64,000 nucleotides of DNA from positions 20,715,865 to 20,779,864 of the forward strand of contig JBOZIK010000001.1 in NCBI GenBank assembly GCA_051453625.1. Direction: 5' to 3'. Both the position numbers and the translations under genes were made by a program. Source of the stretch: Welwitschia mirabilis. Its lineage: Eukaryota. This document shows, in pieces, positions 42,125 to 55,734 of the stretch. Positions within the stretch are counted from its first letter, which is position 1, and every line of letters begins with the position of its first letter. Under the pieces are notes generated by a model that saw nothing but the letters and a program-made list of their open reading frames with translations, made no database searches and had not been told where the DNA came from.

Positions 42125-42669
42125 TGATGATATATCATCTTGAAAATAATTCAATAGTTAAATTTACATAAAATTGTTAAAAAATAGTGTAAAAACATAA
42201 ATAAGACATCAAAATATGCATATTGCAAATTAACAATGGAAATATTAAAAGAGAAATAAAATTAATTCATTATCTTTATTATTGAACATTGTGTCTCCAA
42301 TCTTGATCCTTATCAAAGCATGGGATCTAGTTAGATGGACCAACCAGGTGTTGATGTCTTTAAGGTTCAATATGTGAAACCATTGAGGGGCTAGAGTAGC
42401 TTGTCAAGAACTCAACCCATCCTATGTAAATCTTAGGCATGCCTTCATCTCAACTGATAACCCCTTTTAATGCTAACAAAACGTTATGAGAGGCTTTTCA
42501 CCCCTTCCACATGAGTTATACCTCTTAAATGGCAATTACAACTTCCACTCTAATGAATGAGTTTTATCAATCATAATCTTAATAACATATTTGATCCATT
42601 ACTAATGACATGCATTTTTTTTAAAAATGACACTTAAAGAAAAAGGGACACATGGCCATCTTATTAACA
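42125..42669 (-). repeat. 5' LTR of the chromovirus
   Basis: Collinear with 16200-17659; tgatgat...cttattaaca. Confidence 0.8.
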
Positions 42670-42820
42670 TTTAAATTTTTCGTATGTATGATTATTGAAC
42701 ACATTTGATAAGCTTCAGAAACATTGATGCTAATGTATTTTGTACTAATTAAGTGGTCTAATAGATTCTTTTGGGCCTACATAAATGTAATTAAACTTTA
42801 ATTTCAATTTTATTTTTACA
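42670..42820 (+). mobile_element. Probable 3' end of the LINE interrupted at 16199
   Basis: Directly abuts the LTR and ends ttttgggcctacataaatgtaattaaac followed by a short T-rich repetitive tail. Confidence 0.4.
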
Positions 42821-43007
42821 TATTAAAAATTCAAAGGTTAAATTTTATCATTCTTGATTTCACATTCTTTTATTAATGTTGAATTCATTAACACATTATG
42901 ATTAGTAATCAAAGTCCAAGAATTAAAAAGAAAGTTTTTTATATTAATTTATCTAGTGTAAATAATTTTTTAAAATTATTTAGTTCTTTTTTATTAAAAT
43001 AGCTAAT

Positions 43008-46000
43008 TAATAACATGTAAAAATTGACACTTAGATTAAGTATATTAAGCTAATTTAGCATGAGCAAAGATATTAAATTAATTGTTTTATTATAAAATAA
43101 TCAAGTATTTAGCCATGTTCTAAAACACATCTCCAAAGCTGAATCCAACTAGGCACAAAATGACAGTTGGACTAGAAACATGTGGTAGTGACATGCGATG
43201 GTAAAATTGGAGACATGTAATACTAGCAACGGATGGTGGAGGAATCTAGCTTCAAAGGCCATGTATTGCACTCATCATGACAAACTCCACCTGATACTAC
43301 AAAATGGAATATTTCAACCACTCTATTGAATACTACAAGATAAAATATTATAATCACTTTACAAAACACTCCAAGATAGAAGATTTAACCATCCTACCTA
43401 ATGCTGCATAATAAAGATTTGTAAGTAATCACCTCATACTGTAAGCCAAAGGATTCCAATCATCCTACCTATAAAAAGTGCCAATAGCCCCTTATTGTAT
43501 AATCAGAATCTCTATCAATTTCTTATTGATGAAAGCTTTGGAAGGAACGATCTTCATGATGTCATTCTAAACTTCCCTTCTAGGAGCGAGTTAGCCCAAG
43601 GCTAGCTTGATGTTTCTTTAGTTTAAGTATTAATCTTTGACATAATGTAGTTTTTATTTTTCACTACAAGTTAGTTTCCCTTTTTTAATTTTAAGTGTGC
43701 ATTATTTCATACTTAGAATGCTTGATTTGGAACTATGTCAAAGTTTTCATAACTTATAATTGTTTGATGGTCCTTGAAAGTCAAATTCTACTTATCATAC
43801 TTATGAGTAAGTTATACACTATCATTTTATTTTCCTTCTCTACTATTATTTTCTTTTTTGTCAAACCTATGTAGGTTCTAATCATTCATAAAAAATTTTT
43901 CTAAAGGCAAATCCTGCTATCAAAACTATTCCAAATCCAACATAAAATTTTATTTCAATCATGAAATTGACTTTTCCCATTTACCTTTACTCAATGATAA
44001 TCCATACCATTTTAAACCTCAAGATCTTTTTGAACTTTGCAAACCATTAGAGATTACCTTTAATACCTAGAACCCCCTTCATAAATAGAGAAACTTCTTT
44101 GTGATTCAAAGTCTGAAAACCCTTGCTTTCAATAAAACAGTGCAATCCTATATTTTTTACCATCCCTTATAACTCTTATTCCTCATAATTTTGTTAATAT
44201 CTTTATCCTCTGATCATTTATTTTTCCATGAGTACACTTCATCTTCCCTTTCATATTCTTTATTCTTTGATGAATACACTTCATCTTCCAACATTCAACA
44301 CTCTTATTCACCTTTCTTAAAAGACATCCTTAAAAAGTTTATGAAATCTCAAATGAAAATCAACCAAGAAATCTTTACATCTTATAATGCTTGAATAAAA
44401 TATTCAATAGCTAAACTAAGCTAAATATTTGAGAAAAGTATTCAACAACTAAATCAAACTAATGTTTAAATCATTATAACACCTAATTAACAAAAAGAGA
44501 AAAAGATTCCTATACTTCATGAACCTAATCCTAGAAGTCTTGAAATCCTTAAAACAATTGATGATAGTTAAATCAATGATACCCAAGTTATGTTCTTTAA
44601 GAATGAGAAGGAAACCAATAAGGACCTATAAGATGAGTAATCATTAGAGGAAGAGCACTTGCCTGAGAAGAGTCCTACACCTGAGAAGAGTTATAAATCT
44701 AAGGATGAGTTATATAACAACCCTTATGGGGAGGAGAACATCAAATCTACAAAAGATTCGTCTTATGTAAAGCCTTTGTCCTATTTTTAACAACTTCATG
44801 AGCTAAACTTTCCTATTTCATCATTATCTTTTAAATAATATTCAAGATTTAATAAAGAAAATAAACCTTCATCAAAATTGAAACCACGTTTTAATGATTC
44901 TTTCAATGAACAATCACTTTTTCTAGTGGATTCCAACTTACCTTTATCTTTCCCTTAAGATAATGCCTTATGAGAATTATTGAGCAATCATAAATAAACT
45001 AAAGGATGGATAATTTTAGGCCTTAGAATGCGTAAACTTCATCACTTATATTAATGTTCTTTCTAATTTTATAAACTCATGAATAAAGATATATATTAGT
45101 TTTCTAAATTTTTAGTTTCATTTCATAGTTTTAGATTAGATTTTTCATTTATATTAGACTTGGGATGATAAATCCATTTATAATATGACTAATGTTACCT
45201 AATGATGTATCTCTTATATAACCATACAAACACCACCATTTGTATAATTATCACTATAAACAATTTTACTAAGTAATTCAAAGTTTTATCCATACCACAG
45301 AATACCTCATCATTGTCTTAAACCTTATCATTTACCTCCTCCAATGTGGCATTACTTTATAAGGCTTACAGTCACCCACCTTACCCTTCATACTATAAGT
45401 TCATAAGACTTACTAATCCTAGGTAATGACCTTTTCACATGAACAAGAATAAAAAATCTTTGTTATTCCATAGTTTTGGTTGAGATTAGGAGGATTCGTT
45501 CTTTTCAAGAGTAAGTCATATTTATCTTTTAGTACTTTTATTAAGACTTGCATTCATTTGATGTCTCTAATTTGAAATCAAGGACAGAAAAAATGGTTTT
45601 CTACTTTCATGATGTGCCTTCCTTTTAAGCTCTCATGGAGATAAATATTATTTCTTAGTTATACTAATGAACTAATAATTCCTCCTATGTGTATATTTAA
45701 AAAAAGTTCCACGAGAAGTAGAATCAAAATAAAAATAAAATCTCTTCTGTAAAAGTACATATTATTTTTTATTAATTTTAATAGGTTTAATTAACTACAT
45801 CAGGGCTATGAATACTTTCTAGCAATGTAGCTCTAATTATTCATTTATGGTACATTCAATTGTATTAGGGTTACAGTCTCTCACTAGCAATGTAGTATGA
45901 CTTCTTCATGTACAACACGATTAACTTTCTTGGAAGAAGAGATCACAACACTGCAAGGATATCACTTATAATTATAAAAGGATAAGATTAAAAATAACTT

Positions 46001-48120
46001 AAGGTGGACTTGAAAACTTCTTGTGATTTGCTTATTCTAACATTTATTACTCAAGATCTTTTTACTATTCTAGATTAACATGAATTTATGTTATTAGTTA
46101 CCTGTCTTATTTTGACTTAGATCCATAATTAAATAAACTTTTTATAGGATACTACTTTAGTTTCATAGTCTCTTTTATTCATACCATGCATGATAGTGTC
46201 TTGGTTGCATTCTCATTTTTGTCATATCCATTCATTTCATCACTGCATACCATATGTATTCACTCTTTCATCTCTGTGAGAAAGCATATCTAAATGTGCA
46301 TTAGTGTTTGTTATAATGATACCTCTTCTTCCATGAGTTATGCTAGCATCTTCATTTTCATCCTTTTCTTCATTTATACCTCTTCTGCCTCTTGCCTATT
46401 CATCTTTCATTTCTCTCCCTTTCATTTATAATAATCATTTATAGAACCTCATCACTTAACAAGTTCTCATAGAATTGCCTTTCACTTCATGATCTTTTAG
46501 TATTTTGCTTTTTCTTTCTTATTCATTCTAGTTTTGTTTTTCATCCTTTTGCATTAATTTTCTTTTTCTTTTTTAAAAGTTTCAATGAGATGACATGTAT
46601 GAGCCCTCTTTCTGCCAAGCATACATTAATTTTCCTTCAAAACTCTATATTCATTTTTCTTGCTTTTCAAACTTTAATGACAAAGTTTAACTTTATTATG
46701 GGCTATGGCACTTGTAATCTTTTTTAAAAATTTGGTCAAAATTTTCAACATTTTTATCATTTTCACATAATTCTTGAATGTTTTTCTTTGTAATTTTTTG
46801 GTGTGAATCATTTTTTATCAACTTTTTGCTAAGAAACTGGTAAAAGGTTGATTGGGGTTGTGATAACATGTAAAACCTAACATTTAGATCAAGTATATGA
46901 GGTCAATTTAGCACAAGTGAATACATCAAATCAATTATTTTATTATAAAATAGCTTTATTATTTTTCATTCCATATGTGAATTTATATTTTTATATTTAG
47001 TGTTTTTAGGTTTTCAGCCCTTTTTGAAATACATATCTAAAAGTGAACACAATTAGGCACAAACAATAGCTGAGTTGGAAACATATGGTAGTGACATGTG
47101 ATAGGGATGTTGAAGACATGTGACAACAGCACTGGTTGGTAGAGGAATCTAGCTCCAAAGATCATTTGTTAAACTCTTTATGATAACCTATATCAAATAC
47201 TACAAGACAAAAGCTTCCAACCACTTTATCAAATACTACAAGATGGAATATTTCAATCACTACATTAAACACTCAAATACAAAAGTTCCAATCATCCTAC
47301 CTAATGCTACATGATAAAGAAGTGTAACCACCCATCTAATGCTACAAGCCAAAGGATCATAACCATTTCAACCCTATCGTTGTGTATATTAGGAGTCAAG
47401 CACCCTCCATTGTATAATCAGAATCTCTATCAATCTCTTATTCAAAAAAGCTTTAAAAGAATCTATATTTATAATGTCATTATAAGCTTTCACACTAAAT
47501 TTAACTAACCTCAAGGCTATTTTAATGATTCTTTCGTTTGAGTCTTCTTCTTTGATGTAATGTAGTTCTTATTTTTAAATAAAATTTAGTTTCCCTTTCT
47601 TGATTTTAAGTGTGCATTACATTGTACTTAATATATTAATATATATAGATTTATACATACATGGTTAAATTTACTTTGTTCATATTTTGGTTTCATAACT
47701 TGTAATTATTTTATGGTTGTTGGATGTTAAATCCTACTTATCATGATTATGAATAGGCTATCAAGGACCAAAAGTAACAAAGGGATTTCACCACTACTCA
47801 TGTGGTGAATGAGCCTATGTCATCACAATACAAGCCACAACAAACTTGGTAAGTTAAGGTTTAATGGAAATTACATTATATCATTAATTGAAGATATTTT
47901 ACTTATGAAAATATTCAAGTTATTTATTTGAGTGTTAGTTCATTTCCCTACTTTTTGCACTTGCAATATTTCTTCTCATCTTCTTAATTTGTAATTTTAG
48001 TTTAATTTGTTTACATTACTGTTTATATGTTTTACCTATGCATGCTATAGCCATTGTCCATGTGAAAGAATAATATTGAGTCCTCACTTGTTTTTATTAT
48101 AATCTGATTTAATTTAAACA
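43008..48120 (+). mobile_element. Second non-autonomous LTR element (Athila-like) with a truncated 5' LTR
   Basis: Direct repeats at 43008-~43815 and 46861-~47760; the second copy extends to ~48120. PPT-like attggggttg precedes tgataacatg. Possible TSD ctaat/ataat. No pol motifs. Confidence 0.7.
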
Positions 48121-51100
48121 ATAATATTAAATAATAATAAATTCAAAAGAAAATACAATGACCAAACCAAAAAAGTACAAAACAATAGAGGAGCATAAAG
48201 CTTCACTATGGTTTGATGATATTATCTAAACTACATTTACAATAGAGATATTGAATATGAAACAAGCTAAAAATAAAATTTTTTCCCTCTTTTCATCTCT
48301 TACAATAACCCTTGACATATAAAATTGAATTATCAAAGCAAATGATATCGTAATCCTTGTAGTGGCTACAAGAATTCAAAGCCTTCTCATTTATATTTTT
48401 AAACACATAATTGATTTGTAAAATCTAGGATTCAAACCTATAAATAATCATGATTTTTTTCTCTATACACTATTATAATGGATCTATGATGGCAAATTCT
48501 AGAATTCAAATTACAAGTTATTAGGGATTTTTTAAACTTGATGTGAATTAAACATGCAACCTACTAATTGAAAGTCAAAAGTAACAATGAATTAATGTTA
48601 ACTTTAAACTTAATTTACATAATTTACCTAAAAAATATCTTTTACAACATTATAAAGAGAAAGTAAATTTTCACTAATAAAGAATTACAAACATAATGGA
48701 AAAGAGGGAAAAAATTAGATTTACTTTTTCTAGTAAAACAAACTCCACTTTCATAAGTAATGTAATTACACAATGATAAAGTTACTATTCTATCCTAATA
48801 GAACAAATGTCAATAGATGTCAAAAATTATATAAGGTAAATTTTTGTACCATAGATTTAATAAATAATCTATTCGATCAAATATCAATTTTCAATGAACA
48901 ATTATAAATACAAAGAAAATATTAACAAAATTATATTTCACAAGTTCGATGCTTAACAATTTTCTTTAAAAATATTATAACATAGATAGAATATCAACTT
49001 AAATCTAAAATTCATAGCAAAACATACGATAAGAGAAGTTGATTGTTCCTCAAGTAATATAAGCATTATAATAATTATACGAATGATAATAGAACTACAC
49101 ATCAAACTAAAGCTATCCAGTTCTATTTCATAACCACACTTGTCTAAAATTTTAAAATGATGAAATTAAGCCACATGGTATCTAGCATTTTTAAATTTTC
49201 ATTATAGAGTTATAATAAATGAATATAATCTTACTTTGTTAGGATTAATGAACTTTTTTAAATCCAAGAAATGCTAAAGTAAGAAACACAACCACTTTTG
49301 ATTAGATACTTATTACTTTTATTATTCTTAAAAGTTGTCCTACCTAACAAATTAATTATCTTACTATTGTCATGTCTTCAAAAGATTCTCATGTTTTTAC
49401 TTCATAAATCATTCATTCTTAACATGAAAAAACAAAATAACACATATCCATGTCTATAAGATCTATACACAATACACCATATCTTATATTATTTAACTAA
49501 ATTAGATCTTTAGTGTAACCTAATAATATAACAGCTTAATGAAATTACTTTTAAAAGAACATGATATATGTCCATAAAGATGTAATCAAGAAGTTTTAAT
49601 AAATGCATTAGAAATATGAATATCACTAGAAGTATTTTGCATTAGAGATTGAAGTCATGGTCATGTATTTTTTTGAATATATTAAGGGATAAAGTAACAT
49701 GAATAGTTTTTAAGATCATGTTCCATTACTAAGAACATCTTAGAGCTTGAAATAGTTTCAAGAGTATAGATAATGTACAACATGAGTTTTCAATACAATA
49801 AAGTAATCAATGCTTGTGAACTCTTTGATAGTTAAAAAATGTAATACATCATCTTGGGAGTAATTAAATTATTTGTTTAGGTGATTGTGCTGGTTATACT
49901 CATAAGAGTAGATATGATCACTAAAAGTTTTGAATTCAGTATCCCCAATAAAAAATGAAAATAAAAAAATTAATATAAATAATAAATAATACACATACAC
50001 ATATAATTAATACTTGTAAATTCTTAAGTAATTAAAAAATATTAATAAACCAAAAATCAATGATAATATATACTAAATAATATAACCTAAAGAGGTATGG
50101 CCTTCTCAATTTCCAAGTGAAAAATGTATTAGTAAAACAATAGTAGATAAATTTCAAATGAAAGTAATTACATTAACTTTTAAGAAACTATTATAAAAAT
50201 ACATCATTAGTATTTAGAACTCATAAAATTAAATTCTCAAATCACATTTTAAATACTATAACAATTTTATCTTAAGAATATAAATGACTACTAGATAACA
50301 TCATATACTTTCATAAGATTAACATGAACTTAGATGACATAGAGTAAGCCTTATAACCATATATATTGCTATTAAGAAATTCTATATCTATAGTAAATTT
50401 TCCATATGTATTATTTTAAAGAAAGTAATCTTTATTAGTATTTAATAAATTTTATCTTAAATGTAACATGAGGTTGGTTTAAATTCACTCATGATTGTTT
50501 TCTCCTTCATTTAAAAAAGTTAAAATCTAATTTTATGATGGAGGTGCACTAATAATAATAAGAGTATTTGCTTTAAGTATTACATCTTCAAAGTAGAAGT
50601 TGTGTTAGATGCATCATAATTTTATAGCTAGTTTTTTTCTCCTTAGCTCCTAAACAACTAATTTTTGCATAAAGGTTTTATAAAATACATAAATCCATTC
50701 TTAAAAACATATAATCCTAAGAGATAGAGAAAAAATGAAGATAAACTTACCCTAGCATGTTAAAATCTTAATTCTCCAATGTATTCACCAGGAAAAACTT
50801 ACCAAGAATGAAGGAACATTTAAAGTTGTCATAATACATGAGAAAGCAAATGACAAAAAGTAATATTTACCTTGCAGTAACTTTTAAAGTAACTCCACTA
50901 TTTAGCTAGATGTTAAACATCATTGAAAAAGTTATATCTTACTTTATCATTAAAAAAATAAAAATTCTAAACCTTTTAAGGGAGACAAATCAATAAAGAA
51001 AACAATGTTTATAGGATTCCTCTTTATTTTTGCAAGAGTAGTATTGATTCGTAATTGTCTAATTAGGTTTTTGAAGATATCCTAAAAAAGGAAATTTATC

Positions 51101-52014
51101 CAATCATGTAAGAGAGGAAAAAATTGTAGTTTTGGGATGATTCTAAGTTTTTTCATATCACAATACTAATTTTAATAATATTAACCTTAATTAATATATC
51201 ATACTTTTTTCGATGAAGATAATTTAGTAGTTTATGCTTTCTTTTTTAGTTACATTAATGTTTAGGATTATGTTTCTTGTATGCATACCTACTAAAAATT
51301 TAATGGCTCTCCTTTGAATGAAGAGCATAGTGGTTATAGTGGTTGTTTATTTAGTTTATCTTCAAATACAGTCTACTAAGGGCTTATGATGTTAATTGTA
51401 GTTTACTAAACTATTAGATATTCAAGTAAATTTAGTGGCATGTTTTGATAAGATCCTATGTTTCTATGAGATTACNNNNNNNNNNNNNNNNNNNNNNNNN
51501 NNNNNNNNNNTGAATATCAAGTAACCTCTAATAATTCTAAGATGTTTTATTACAAGAAATCATATACCAATTACATATGCCTTTAAAGTTTTATGCATGA
51601 ATATAAGAAGTACGTGAGATGTATACTTGTTTTAGCTCAATATTATTTCTTTTTTTACTTAATATTTGTAAAAGTTAAAAAAAAAAATCTAACAAAGGAC
51701 AAGGATCTAAGACAAGAATTCTATAAGGACCTATATCTTGTTTTTAAAAATAAGAGATATTCAATTATATCTTAGAAAATAGACTTTAAAGTACAACTAG
51801 TATTAAGTCTCACAAGAATAATAAGAAGAATTCTAGTAAATAAATAAAACATATAAGACATAAAAGATATTTTAGGATGTTTAATCCCTTCTTAAGGAAT
51901 GCTATTAGATTTTTCAAACCTCATATTCATCTTGACAAAAACCTCATAAGGAACATTATGTATATTACTAAATGTTTTTAGAATGAGTTAATTACTAATA
52001 GAATAATAATTTCT

Positions 52015-52880
52015 CTTATGGATGATTTATTCAGAACCTTTACATCTTCTTATGTCGTAAACTACTGATATAGCCTGCATGAGCATAGAGGTATTTTTAT
52101 AGGTCCTAGGAGTGATTTAGTTAGAACATTGACATTCCCTTATGTTGTAGTCTATTTCTTTAACTTGTAAAACAATCGAGGTATCTTCTGTGGATTTTAA
52201 GACTAATCTAGTTAAAACCTTGGCATCCTCTTCTATCATAGACTATTGACATAGACTACATAAGCATTTAGGTATTTCTTTTGGATTCTTGGATTGATTT
52301 AGTCATAACCCTAGCACCCCCTTATGTTGTAAACTGCTGACATGGCCTACATGAGCATTAAGGCATCTTCTATGCATCCTAAGAACAATCCAGCCAGAAC
52401 CCTAATGTCTCCTTATGTTGTAAACTACTAACATGACCTACATGAGCATTGAGATATCTTTTGTTGATTGTAGGGATGATCCAGTCAAAACCTTGGCACA
52501 CCTTATGTTGTAAACTACTAACATATCCTACACAAGAATCAAGACATCTTTATGGGTCCTATGATGATCTTGTCACAACCATGACATTCACTTATGTTGT
52601 AAACTACTGACATAACATGCACGAGCATCGATATGTCTTTTATGGATTATAAGAGTGATTTAGTTAAAGCCTTGACACCCCCTGTGTTGTAAACTACTAA
52701 CATGGCCTACACGAGCATTAAGGTATCTTTTGTGAATCTTAGGAGTAATCTAATCAAAACCCTGATACTTCCTTATATTTTAGACTATAGACTAATGCAT
52801 GTTGTCTCTCGAGTGATAAGATGTCTTCCATGGGCTATAGGAATTGTCCAGCCAGAACCTTAGAACCTTCTTATAATCCA
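52015..52880. repeat. 90-bp tandem array (~9 units)
   Basis: ttatgttgtaaactact-like motif recurs at ~52050, 52140, 52322, 52413, 52503, 52593, 52683 and 52773. Confidence 0.92.
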
Positions 52881-54999
52881 AACTAAGCTGATCAAGACAT
52901 ACCTATGCTATTTTGGCCATAAATTTTACATATAAGATTGAAATTCTTATTATAATTCCATTTTGAAAAGCTTATGAAGAGTTTGATAGTGAATAAATAA
53001 GTAAAACTTACTTTGGTCTAGATTTTTATTTAAATTCCATTTAAAAAATTCTCAAAATTGGCCATATTTATCAGCATACCTAATATTTTTAGTAGTTTTT
53101 ACCACTATTTTGGTCATAACTTTCTCATATGAATGTTATTTTTAATTTGATATGATTTTTGAACTTTCCATTTTTATATTATTTGATCTTGTATGAGAGT
53201 ATACTTATTGCTACACTAATTTATATCTAGTTTATGTCAAATAAGTGGAAAAAACTTACATTTTTTCTACAGTAAGTTTGAGGTGAATATGACTCATCTA
53301 GATTCCTTGGAGTTAAGCAATGCATCTATAATAACAAGACTTAAAAAAGAATAAAAAATGATTTAGATTCATACATATAAGTTGATCATTATTATTGATG
53401 ATATCAACTTAAGTATCATTGTGATGTGATTTCATATGAATATTTGCTAGGGAAGGCTAAGAAGAGAATAATGTTGATAAATTTATTGTAGAGTGTTTTC
53501 TCTTTTTAGAATACTTGAGTGGTTGTCTTTACTCTTTAACAAAATTAGGTATTTTAATGGAAAATGTTATCTTTCATGTTTTCTTCTGTTTAGGATCTTC
53601 TATCTTCATGGATTTGAACCAATTGTAATGATCAAAATTTATTTAAATAAATTTTCATTGGTAAAATTAATAAAAACTTTAACTACAAAGTGGATATTAA
53701 ATAGAATTATAAATATACAATAATCTATCTATGAATAAATCCATGCTTTATTCATCATTTATAAAATAAAACCTTTCCACATTAAACACAAGGCTTTGGA
53801 GAGTGGATTAAGTACCTTTAAGGTCTAGTTTGTAGAATCACTAGGGGATCAAGACAACTTATTAAGGATAATAGTATACTTATGCAAATCACATGCATGC
53901 CCTTCACTTCTTTCTTACTCATGTTTTAACGATGATAAATAGTTATCATTATGTATCATAATAATTTTGAATCTTCATAATTAGGTATAATTAGTTTTAC
54001 AAGGGTCATACCCCTTGAATAGTAAATTTACATATTTAACAAACATAATAACTAATATTAATAATATGAACATAGGTGTTATTTTCTTCAAGAGAAAAAG
54101 GGATCGTGACACAAAGTTATGGTCTATGAGGATATATCTACAAAAATATTCAAGTCTTTAGTCATTTAACTTTGAATGAGCGATAATTCTTAAGGCTTAG
54201 AATCTTGATGGCACTCTGAAGAAATACCTTTAAGACTTAGAACCAACTAGTACATTTAGATATAAGTCTTTTAAGAAATATTTATAATTTTAAATTATAT
54301 AGTAAAACCAAGTCATTTAATTTAAAATTTTTCCTAAGGATATGTTTATCATGATAGGCCTTTATTCTTTGTTTTTGAATTTAATGGTTTCATAAGATTC
54401 ATTCCTAATCTCTTATCATTCATTTAGGTTAAGATTGCTAAATTCTAGATCTTTATTAATATTTAAATTAATCTATTTAATGTCCCAAAAATCTTTATGT
54501 TTAATTTCTACAAAAATATAATAAGCTTTTCCAAAAAGAGGTTTGTATGGTAATATTTCAAAGGAGGTTTTATAAGTAGCTCACTAAACTAATAGATTAT
54601 TATTAACGGGGATCAACCAATATTTTGTATTAGAATTTATCATTTTCTGTAAATTTATTTTCAACTCGTGATTTGTATGTTCTACTTAACCATTAACTTA
54701 TTAATGATAAGAAGTTGTAACTTTGTGAACCATTCAATGTTTTACATTATATTATTTATTATTCTTATTCTAATTTAAAAATAAGTTTATTCATTAATAA
54801 TAATATCTATAGGATGCTCAAAGTTAGATAAAATTTATTCTTTTAAAAGTATAGCAACCATTCTAGCTTCATCAATCCTAGTTGAAATAACTTTACATCA
54901 CTCGATAATGTGGTCTTAAAAACTAATATATACAGATATCCAAATAATAGTACAAATGGCCCTAAAAATTTTAAAATTTTATCATCAAGTGATTCCATC

Positions 55000-55105
55000 A
55001 ACATTCATCCAATGTGTGCTTTCCTAAACGTAGGCATTAAAATTCAACCATCTGATCCTTAATAAAGTCATCAGAAACAAACTTCTTTTTAAATTCTTCT
55101 ATGAA
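55000..55105 (-). mobile_element. Gypsy gag remnant
   Basis: Minus strand IEEFKKKFVSDDFIKDQMVEF*CLRLGKHTLDEC resembles retrotransposon gag F..KF.......EF..L.QG..TV.EY. Confidence 0.55.
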
Positions 55106-55734
55106 AATCTCTTAATAAATTCTATAGTTGAATTTTTGTTAGCATCAAAGCCATCATTATTGTGTATTTCTAGTGATGAAGGTACTACCACAGATGCATC
55201 TTCTCTATGGTAGTGTAATTTGGAGGATGAAATATTTTCCTATCCATTAAAGCCATGACATAGCTTTCTCACTAGTCCCAGATTCATCCTCATAGTAAAT
55301 AGATCATTTTAGTGATTTAATTACTCTCTCTTTAGTTTGCCATTAGGCTGTTTACTTACTTGAATAAGAATTTTTACAGATTTGATTCTATAAAACATGC
55401 TTCATTAGGTGATCTAGTTATTTCAAGCATGAAGGAGGTATGTTAATCTTATTAGAAAGTTCTTGATTTTGGGAATGAAACTCATTTAATTAGTACTTAG
55501 TAGCATCTATTTGAGAATTTGCTATTTTCTCCATGATTGTCTAATTGATTCTATGNNNNNNNNNNTGTTTTTCTTTTGCCATTTCTTCCCTTAATGAATC
55601 TATTAGCATTAAATGAGTTTTTTTTAAGAAGCTTGTTCTATAATTGTTATGATAGTTGATTAAGATTTGACAACTATTAAGGTTGGTAACTTGCATAACT
55701 TTCATAACTATTACAAATACTATAAAGATAGGTA

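Larger units (their letters stand above)
16200..42669 (-). mobile_element. Tekay/Del-like chromovirus (Ty3/gypsy) with long 5' leader and two nested elements
   Basis: ~545-bp TG..CA direct repeats at both ends, gag-pol remnants on the minus strand, a degenerate tRNA-Met PBS at ~42109-42120, and ttta on both flanks. Confidence 0.75.

Noticed and set aside
48120..52000. Possible minus-strand copia gag/integrase/RT remnants
   Set aside because: The motifs are too decayed and not in a consistent order to call by eye.
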